From: Clostridia bacterium
Lineage (GTDB): Bacteria; Bacillota; Clostridia; UMGS1883
NCBI GenBank assembly: GCA_045545295.1
Contig: JAZQAO010000054.1
Location: 20,826 to 84,825, forward strand
Reading direction: 5' to 3'
Length of the DNA: 64,000 nt
Below the pieces are notes generated by a model, which was not told where the DNA came from, did no database searches, and was given only the letters and a program-made list of their open reading frames with translations. Numbering within the stretch: the stretch's first letter is position 1; every line of letters begins with the position of its first letter. The translations under genes and the position numbers were made by a program. This document shows, in pieces, positions 57,743 through 64,000 of the stretch.

Positions 57743-58567
57743 TTGAAAAAAATTGCTCTTATAGTTAATTTTGACAAACCAAACGCACAGGCGGTTACTA
57801 ATAATCTAATACAGCTTCTTTGCGACAAAGCCGAAGTTTTTTCTTTGCCTGAATATGCCTCACGTCTTAAAGGAGTAAAGGCGCTTGAAGAATCCGAGCT
57901 TTTTTCTCTGTGCCCTGTTGTCGCAGTACTCGGTGGTGACGGAACAATTATTGATGCGGCAAAAAAATGTGCGCCCTACAAAAATATTCTTGTTGGAATA
58001 AACACAGGCAATCTCGGTTACTTATCCACGATTGAGGGAACTAACCTTACAACTGCTGCAGATATTCTTACAAGTGATAATATTTCATACGACAACCGAT
58101 ATATGCTTTGTGTCAAAATATACTCAAAAGGTGTTCTCTCAGCAACATATCACGCGCTTAACGAGGTTGTTCTGAGCCGCACCGACGCTTCAAAGCTTAT
58201 GGATATTACGGCATACAGCAATGGTGAGACAGTCTGCCATTACAGGGCTGACGGCATTATTGCAGCGACACCTACCGGTTCTACAGCCTATTCCCTTTCC
58301 GCAGGCGGTCCTGTTGTATCACCCGATGCCGATGCGATGCTTCTTACCCCCATTTGTCCGCACATGCTCCGAGCAAGATGCATTGTTCTTCCGCCGAAGC
58401 TTCTTACAATCAAATCAGAAGCATTATCAACAGTTTCAGTAGACGGGCAGATATTTTCTTCACTGGATAAAGACGGTTATATAACTGTTGAAAAATCCAC
58501 CTATTCAGCAAGGCTTGTCCGCAGTAAGGACACAAGCTTTTACGATATTCTTCAAAAAAAGCTGTAA
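57743..58567 (+). CDS. nadK: NAD(+) kinase; TTG start
   Basis: GGDGT, NEVV, ADGIIAATPTGSTAYSLSAGGP motifs; AGGAGG RBS 8 nt before TTG. Confidence 0.85.
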   Translation: MKKIALIVNFDKPNAQAVTNNLIQLLCDKAEVFSLPEYASRLKGVKALEESELFSLCPVVAVLGGDGTIIDAAKKCAPYKNILVGINTGNLGYLSTIEGTNLTTAADILTSDNISYDNRYMLCVKIYSKGVLSATYHALNEVVLSRTDASKLMDITAYSNGETVCHYRADGIIAATPTGSTAYSLSAGGPVVSPDADAMLLTPICPHMLRARCIVLPPKLLTIKSEALSTVSVDGQIFSSLDKDGYITVEKSTYSARLVRSKDTSFYDILQKKL

Positions 58568-58581
58568 AGGATTGAATTAAA

Positions 58582-59034
58582 ATGAGAAATAAAAGACATG
58601 ATGCAATTATTAGTCTTATAAACGAAAAAAACATAGAAACACAACAGGAGCTTACTTTTGAGTTGTCTGCAGTCGGTTTTGAAGTTACCCAGGCGACGGT
58701 TTCCAGAGATATAAAAGAACTGCGCCTTATAAAAAAGCTCAATAAAGACGGCAGATATGTTTATGCCACAAACACAGTTGGCGAAACCTCTGTCGTTACA
58801 GACGAAATGTCTATTATACTTGCAAAAAGCATTGTCCGCGTTGACTATGCTCTCAACACGGTTGTTATCAAAACGCTTACCGGAATGGCTCAGGGCGCTG
58901 CAAGCGTGCTTGATGCAATGAATGTTCCGGAATGTCTCGGCACAATTGCCGGTGATGATACGATTTTTGTTGTAACTCGCAGTGAAAGCGCATCTGAAAA
59001 GCTTTGTAAAAAGTTAAAAAACATGATTGATTGA
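58582..59034 (+). CDS. argR: Arginine repressor
   Basis: QQELTFELSAVGFEVTQATVSRDIKEL wHTH; C-terminal GTIAGDDTIFVV. Confidence 0.9.
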   Translation: MRNKRHDAIISLINEKNIETQQELTFELSAVGFEVTQATVSRDIKELRLIKKLNKDGRYVYATNTVGETSVVTDEMSIILAKSIVRVDYALNTVVIKTLTGMAQGAASVLDAMNVPECLGTIAGDDTIFVVTRSESASEKLCKKLKNMID

Positions 59035-59044
59035 GGAATAGTTT

Positions 59045-60727
59045 ATGCTTATTCAGCTTGACATTGAAAATGTCGCCGTAATAGAACGCGCGTCAATAGA
59101 ATTTGATACAGGTCTCAACGTCATAACCGGTGAAACGGGTGCAGGTAAATCTCTGCTCATAAATTCACTCAACATGGTGCTCGGCAGTCGCAGCACGCGC
59201 GACATTATCCGCGAAGGTGCAGATTCGGCAAGGGTCAGCGCAGTATTTTTCTTTAAGGATGCGGACTCAATACTCGAAGATGCCGGAATAGCTCCCGACG
59301 ACGGAAACATTGTTATTACAAGAAAGCTTTTCCGCGATGGAAGAAATGTCTGTCACATAAATGGTTGTGCAGTAAATGTTTCCCTTCTTCGCTCAATCGG
59401 AGAAAAGCTTGTTGTTATCCACGGACAACACGACAGCAGTGTGCTTATGGATACAACATCTCACATTCATTTTCTTGATGCATTTGCCAAAAATGAAGAT
59501 TTACTTTCCTGTTACAAAGAAATTTACAGGAATTTAATGAGTGCACAAAAGCAGTTAAAAGAGTTAAATGACGACGCTGCATCCAGGCAGAATGAAATAG
59601 ATTACCTCACCTATCAGACTGATGAAATAGAAAAGGCAGAGCTTTATCCCGAAGAAGAGGACGAGCTGATCGCCAGAAGAACAATCCTTGAAAATTCAGA
59701 GCTGATTGCAGACCTTGCACAAAAAGTATATCTTGCTCTCGGCAGTGATGCAGGTGCAAAATCGCGCCTTTATGATGCAAAAAAAGCTCTTGAGAAGCTT
59801 TCGGATATAGATAGCGACACAATTGAAAAATGCGAAAAAATCAGCGAGATTTATTATGAAACGGAAGAGCTTGCACATGATATATATTCATATTTGTCGT
59901 CTGTTGAATACAACCCTGCTGAACTCAGCAAAATTAATGACAGACTTTCTGTCATAAGCGCTCTTAAACGAAAATACAACGGTGATGTAAAAGCTATACT
60001 TGAATTCTACGACTCAGCATCGGAAAGGCTGTGTTTTCTTAAATCTTTTGATGAAAACAAAGATGAGCTTACAGCCCTCTGCACCAAGCTTGAAAAAGAT
60101 GCCAAAGAGCTTGCACAGAAACTTACAGATTCCCGCAAAAAAAGTGCAGTACTTCTTTCTGAAAGGCTCACCGCTGAGCTTGAAAATCTCGATATGCCAA
60201 AATGTAAAATTGAATTTTCACTTATTCCAACACCCCTTTCTGAAAACGGTAGTGAAAACGCAGAGCTTCTTATATCTACAAATGCAGACACACCGAAGAG
60301 TCTTTCAAAAATTGCCTCCGGAGGTGAAATCAGCAGAGTGATGCTTGCAATTAAATCCGTTTTTTCTTATTTCGACAAAATCCCTACTCTTTTATTTGAT
60401 GAAATCGACACCGGTGTTTCGGGGCGTGCCGCAGAAAAAATCGGTCTTAAAATGCAGACTCTGTCAAAAAGCTATCAGATTATATCAGTAACACATTTGC
60501 CGGTAATTGCAGCATGTGCAGGTCGTCACCTATTGCTCGAAAAGAATTTTGACGGTGATGGATTCAAAACGGAAATCAAAGTTCTTGACAAGGAAGAACG
60601 AATAAATGAAATTGCCCGTATCATAAGCGGTGATAAGATAAGCGATATTTCACGTAAAAATGCGCTTCAGATGCTTTCTTTTCATTCTGAAGAGCAATTA
60701 TCGGACGATTCAAACCCTTTTAAGTAA
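59045..60727 (+). CDS. recN: DNA repair protein RecN
   Basis: Walker A GETGAGKS; SMC-like coiled coil; conserved nadK-argR-recN order. Confidence 0.9.
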   Translation: MLIQLDIENVAVIERASIEFDTGLNVITGETGAGKSLLINSLNMVLGSRSTRDIIREGADSARVSAVFFFKDADSILEDAGIAPDDGNIVITRKLFRDGRNVCHINGCAVNVSLLRSIGEKLVVIHGQHDSSVLMDTTSHIHFLDAFAKNEDLLSCYKEIYRNLMSAQKQLKELNDDAASRQNEIDYLTYQTDEIEKAELYPEEEDELIARRTILENSELIADLAQKVYLALGSDAGAKSRLYDAKKALEKLSDIDSDTIEKCEKISEIYYETEELAHDIYSYLSSVEYNPAELSKINDRLSVISALKRKYNGDVKAILEFYDSASERLCFLKSFDENKDELTALCTKLEKDAKELAQKLTDSRKKSAVLLSERLTAELENLDMPKCKIEFSLIPTPLSENGSENAELLISTNADTPKSLSKIASGGEISRVMLAIKSVFSYFDKIPTLLFDEIDTGVSGRAAEKIGLKMQTLSKSYQIISVTHLPVIAACAGRHLLLEKNFDGDGFKTEIKVLDKEERINEIARIISGDKISDISRKNALQMLSFHSEEQLSDDSNPFK

Positions 60728-60740
60728 AGGAGGATAATTA

Positions 60741-61151
60741 ATGGAACAAATCGGAGAAGTTGTTGAACTCAAAGGCAAACGTGCCATTATAAGAATATAC
60801 CGTGCATCAAGTTGTGGCGAAAACTGCGCTCATTGCAGTGGTGAATGCAAACCTACCGCTGCAATGGTGGAAGCAATAAACGGAATCAGTGCAAAAGTTG
60901 GCGATACGGTTAAACTTGAGATGAATTCCGGTAGTTTTCTTCTGTTGGCTTTCACGGGGTACATCCTCCCCATCCTTGTATGTATAGCCACATACTTTAT
61001 TGCAGAGCATTTTACTTCAAATACCGTTATCGCAGATATAAGCGCAATAGCTTCGCTGGTACTGGTGCTGGCAGTATTCTTCTTAGTTGACAAGCTGCTG
61101 CATTTTAAATCCACAAGATTTTCAAGCCGGGTTATTAAAATTTTAAGATAG
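60741..61151 (+). CDS. RseC/MucC-family membrane protein (SoxR-reducing-system component-like)
   Basis: N-terminal Cys cluster SSCGENCAHCSGEC followed by two TM helices. Confidence 0.55.
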   Translation: MEQIGEVVELKGKRAIIRIYRASSCGENCAHCSGECKPTAAMVEAINGISAKVGDTVKLEMNSGSFLLLAFTGYILPILVCIATYFIAEHFTSNTVIADISAIASLVLVLAVFFLVDKLLHFKSTRFSSRVIKILR

Positions 61152-61160
61152 GAGAAAAAT

Positions 61161-61820
61161 ATGATTAAAGCTTGTATTTTTGATATGGACGGCACAGTCG
61201 TCAATACAATTAATTCGATAGCTTACTTTGCAAACACCGCTTTAAACAGTGCCGGACTTGCATCAATAGACACCGCAGAATATAACTACTTAGTAGGAAA
61301 CGGTGCAAAGACGCTTATAGAACGTGCGTTAAACAAGGTTGACGCTGATAATTCTCTTTTTGAGAAAGTATACACAAAGTACACTACCGACTACAATAAT
61401 GATTTCCTGTATCTTACAGAGCCGTATGAGGGAATCCTTGATATGCTAAAGGCAATAAAGGACAAGGGCATTAAAACAACAATTCTTTCAAACAAACCCC
61501 ATATCACTGCCGTTAAAGTCAGCAATGCACTTTTCGGGGATGAGCTTATCGATATATGCTACGGTGCACGCGACGGGATCGCTCTTAAGCCTGACCCCGC
61601 AGGTGTTTATGACATTCTCAACGAGCTTGGCATTTCCAAAGATGAATGCATATATATTGGAGACACTTCTACCGATATGAAAACCGGCAAAAGTGCAGGA
61701 CTTTACACAGTAGGAGTATTGTGGGGTTTCCGCAAGCGTGATGAGCTGGAAGATAACGGAGCAGACACGATTATTGCCCATCCGTCTGAACTTCTTCACA
61801 TTATAGATAACCTTTCTTAA
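61161..61820 (+). CDS. HAD-superfamily hydrolase (subfamily IA)
   Basis: FDMDGTVVNT motif I; ILSNKP; GDTSTDMKTGKSAG motif IV. Confidence 0.8.
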   Translation: MIKACIFDMDGTVVNTINSIAYFANTALNSAGLASIDTAEYNYLVGNGAKTLIERALNKVDADNSLFEKVYTKYTTDYNNDFLYLTEPYEGILDMLKAIKDKGIKTTILSNKPHITAVKVSNALFGDELIDICYGARDGIALKPDPAGVYDILNELGISKDECIYIGDTSTDMKTGKSAGLYTVGVLWGFRKRDELEDNGADTIIAHPSELLHIIDNLS

Positions 61821-61835
61821 GGAGGATTTAAGTTT

Positions 61836-63590
61836 ATGGACATTTTTTCAATACTGACCCTTATCGGAGGTCTTGCACTTTTCCTTTATGGAATGGATGC
61901 AATGGGCGACGGACTTAAGAAGCTTTCCGGTGGTAAGCTTGAAAGCATTCTTGCCACTCTTACCTCAACAAGACTTCGTGCATTTTTCCTCGGCTTTGCA
62001 GTTACGGCCATTATTCAATCATCTTCTGCCACAACCGTAATGCTCGTCGGTTTTGTTAATGCAGGTATTATGTCACTCGGACAGACAATCGGCATTATTC
62101 TGGGAGCAAATATCGGTACAACAGTTACCGCATGGCTTCTCAGTCTTACGGGAATCAGCGGTGAAGCATCATTTATTTTAAAGCTTTTTAAACCCTCATC
62201 ATTCACTCCCATACTTGCTGCAATCGGTGTTATTATGACAATGGTCGGAAAAAAGGACAAGCATAAAAACCTTGGAATTATTTTTATCGGTTTTGCTGTT
62301 CTTATGTTCGGTATGGACACTATGAGTGATGCTATGGAAGGTCTTGGTGAATCACAGAAATTCAAAGACCTTCTTGTAATGTTTGAAAACCCCATTCTCG
62401 GCATTCTTTCAGGCACGATACTTACCGCTATCCTTCAGTCTTCATCTGCTTCGGTGGGTATTTTACAGGCGCTCTCTCTGGCAAGCTTTATCCCCGTTTC
62501 CACAGCGTTTCCGATTATTCTCGGTCAGAATATAGGCACAACAATTACGCCTGTTCTCTCATCTATAAGCGGTAACACAGATTCTAAACGTGTTGCGCTT
62601 GCTTGCGTTTACATCAAAATAATCGGTGTTGTTGTAATTACAGTAGCGTTCTATGCACTTCATTCAGCTATGGATTTTTCATTTATGCATATTAATTCAA
62701 CTCCGCTTAATATCGCTATCATACACACTGCCTTTAATATTCTTTCAACTATAGTTCTTATGCCTTTCTGTAAGCTTATTGAAAAGCTGGTAATATTCAG
62801 CATAAGAGGAAAGAAAGACGAAGAGCAGAACGCTTTTGGTGCACTTGACGACAGATTCCTTACTATGCCGGCATTCGCAGTTGAAAACTGCCGCCAGCTT
62901 GTTAACGAAATGGCTACACGTGCAAAAAAGGCACTTCTTGACTCTATACAGCTTCTGGAAAATTATGATGAAGAAGTTGCAAAACAAATTCTTGAAAGCG
63001 AATCTGAAATTGACCAGTACGAGGATAAGATAAGCTCGTATCTTCTTAAGATTTCGGAACATACTCTTTCCCAGAAGGATAGCCGTGAGGTTTCGCAGCT
63101 TCTCCATGTTATAGGCGATATTGAAAGAATATCTGACCACTCTGTCAACATTCTTGAAGCCGCACAGGAAATACACGAAAAGGGTATAAATTTCTCAGAA
63201 GAAGCACAGCACGAAATTTCAATAATCGCAAACGCAACAAGAGAAATTCTTGCTCTTTCTGTTGAAGCACTTGTACGCGAAGACCTTAATGTTGCAAAGA
63301 AGGTTGAACCTCTTGAGCAGATTATTGATAAACTTAAATACAAAATCAAAAATAACCACGTGCAGAGACTCCGCCAAGGTAACTGTACAATAGAACTCGG
63401 GTTTGTACTCTCCGATCTTATTAATAATTTCGAGAGAGTTTCTGACCACTGCTCAAATATCGCGGTTTGTCTTATCGAAATTGAGCATAATTCATTTGAC
63501 ACACACGAATACTTGAGCAATGTCAAAGAAACCGGTGCAAACGAATTCTTTGAATATTACGATATGTATAAACAGCGCTATTCACTGTAA
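61836..63590 (+). CDS. Na/Pi cotransporter family protein (NptA/YjbB-like) with C-terminal PhoU-like domains
   Basis: Duplicated QSSSATTVMLVGF / QSSSASVGILQAL motifs; PhoU-like helical C-terminus. Confidence 0.85.
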   Translation: MDIFSILTLIGGLALFLYGMDAMGDGLKKLSGGKLESILATLTSTRLRAFFLGFAVTAIIQSSSATTVMLVGFVNAGIMSLGQTIGIILGANIGTTVTAWLLSLTGISGEASFILKLFKPSSFTPILAAIGVIMTMVGKKDKHKNLGIIFIGFAVLMFGMDTMSDAMEGLGESQKFKDLLVMFENPILGILSGTILTAILQSSSASVGILQALSLASFIPVSTAFPIILGQNIGTTITPVLSSISGNTDSKRVALACVYIKIIGVVVITVAFYALHSAMDFSFMHINSTPLNIAIIHTAFNILSTIVLMPFCKLIEKLVIFSIRGKKDEEQNAFGALDDRFLTMPAFAVENCRQLVNEMATRAKKALLDSIQLLENYDEEVAKQILESESEIDQYEDKISSYLLKISEHTLSQKDSREVSQLLHVIGDIERISDHSVNILEAAQEIHEKGINFSEEAQHEISIIANATREILALSVEALVREDLNVAKKVEPLEQIIDKLKYKIKNNHVQRLRQGNCTIELGFVLSDLINNFERVSDHCSNIAVCLIEIEHNSFDTHEYLSNVKETGANEFFEYYDMYKQRYSL

Positions 63591-63648
63591 GGATTCATTA
63601 ACGGATTTTTCGAACCTTACCTGCAACAAATTTTACGAGGATACACTT

Positions 63649-64000
63649 ATGAATCAGAAAAGATTGGTTACAATACAAGATTTATCATGCTTTGGGAAGT
63701 GCTCCATAACGGCGGCACTTCCCGTTATCTCTGCCTTGGGAACAGAAGCCGTGGTGCTTCCCACCGCCGTTCTTTCCACACATACGGGAGAGTTTGAAAA
63801 TTATACGTTCCACCCACTTTACAGTGAATTCGGTAAGATAACAAGCCACTGGAAAGAACTCGGAATAGAGTTTGACGCAATCTATATAGGCTACATCGGC
63901 TCTGAGGAGCTTATTGATTCCGTTAATTCCTTCCTCGACAGTTTTTCGGGCAATGCTGTAATTTTCCTCGATCCGGCAATGGCTGATAATGGGAAATATT
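63649..64000 (+). CDS. Pyridoxal/pyridoxamine kinase-like (PdxK/PdxY family), 5' fragment running off the window
   Basis: LVTIQDLSCFGKCSITAALPVISALG...PTAVLSTHTG; GAGGA RBS. Confidence 0.7.
   Translation, partial: MNQKRLVTIQDLSCFGKCSITAALPVISALGTEAVVLPTAVLSTHTGEFENYTFHPLYSEFGKITSHWKELGIEFDAIYIGYIGSEELIDSVNSFLDSFSGNAVIFLDPAMADNGKY

Overview
This 64 kb window from a low-GC Gram-positive genome (inferred Clostridia: SpoVT, SLH-anchored surface proteins, AT-rich codon usage) is dominated by a pectin/uronate-utilisation region. No transposase, integrase or CRISPR array was found.

Main blocks, in order:
- Minus-strand cassette 1..4519: three tandem paralogs of a ~320-aa TIM-barrel-like hydrolase (first one truncated at the window edge), then a GH105/GH88-type unsaturated uronyl hydrolase.
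- Minus-strand five-gene operon 4838..19161: large secreted and SLH-anchored surface proteins. Two carry PL22 (oligogalacturonate-lyase-like) beta-propeller domains, and three share an undescribed C-terminal ~110-aa module.
- Divergent regulator 19498..20703: receiver-AraC protein whose phospho-acceptor Asp is replaced by Asn.
- 20837..27517: an M55 (DppA-like) peptidase, an AraC regulator, a large hypothetical glycoside-hydrolase-like protein, two more TIM-barrel paralogs, and spoVT followed by a 48-bp perfect palindromic terminator.
- AT-rich accessory stretch ~27.8-34.5 kb: Sel1-repeat protein, TIR-domain + TPR protein, GtrB-like GT2 plus a polytopic GT-C-like partner, an N-terminally extended YidD-like protein, a small DUF4177-like protein.
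- 35131..38293: PHP phosphoesterase, DUF1810, a PqqD-like (RRE-type) small protein translationally coupled to a YnbB-family PLP enzyme, and a small convergent membrane protein.
- 38499..43950: glycyl-radical-enzyme operon (short 706-aa GRE with a Cys-x-Glu motif, SDR, PflA-type activase) with a divergent AraC regulator, followed by a C26 gamma-glutamyl hydrolase.
- 43967..51342: csoR-copA with a palindromic operator, an MtgA-like transglycosylase, an AraC regulator, and uxaB-uxaA.
- 51627..55200: class-II aldolase, MocA oxidoreductase, class-III aminotransferase operon.
- 55511..64000: lysine riboswitch ahead of an NhaC-family transporter, then nadK-argR-recN, an RseC-like protein, a HAD hydrolase, a Na/Pi cotransporter and a pdxK-like 5' fragment.

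The most unusual features:
- A ~93-bp modular interspersed repeat family (13 copies at 8 intergenic loci) with the signature of a structured small RNA / REP-like terminator element.
- Secreted multidomain PL22 surface proteins.
- The TIR-TPR accessory island.
- The orphan PqqD-PLP pair.
- The atypical GRE operon.
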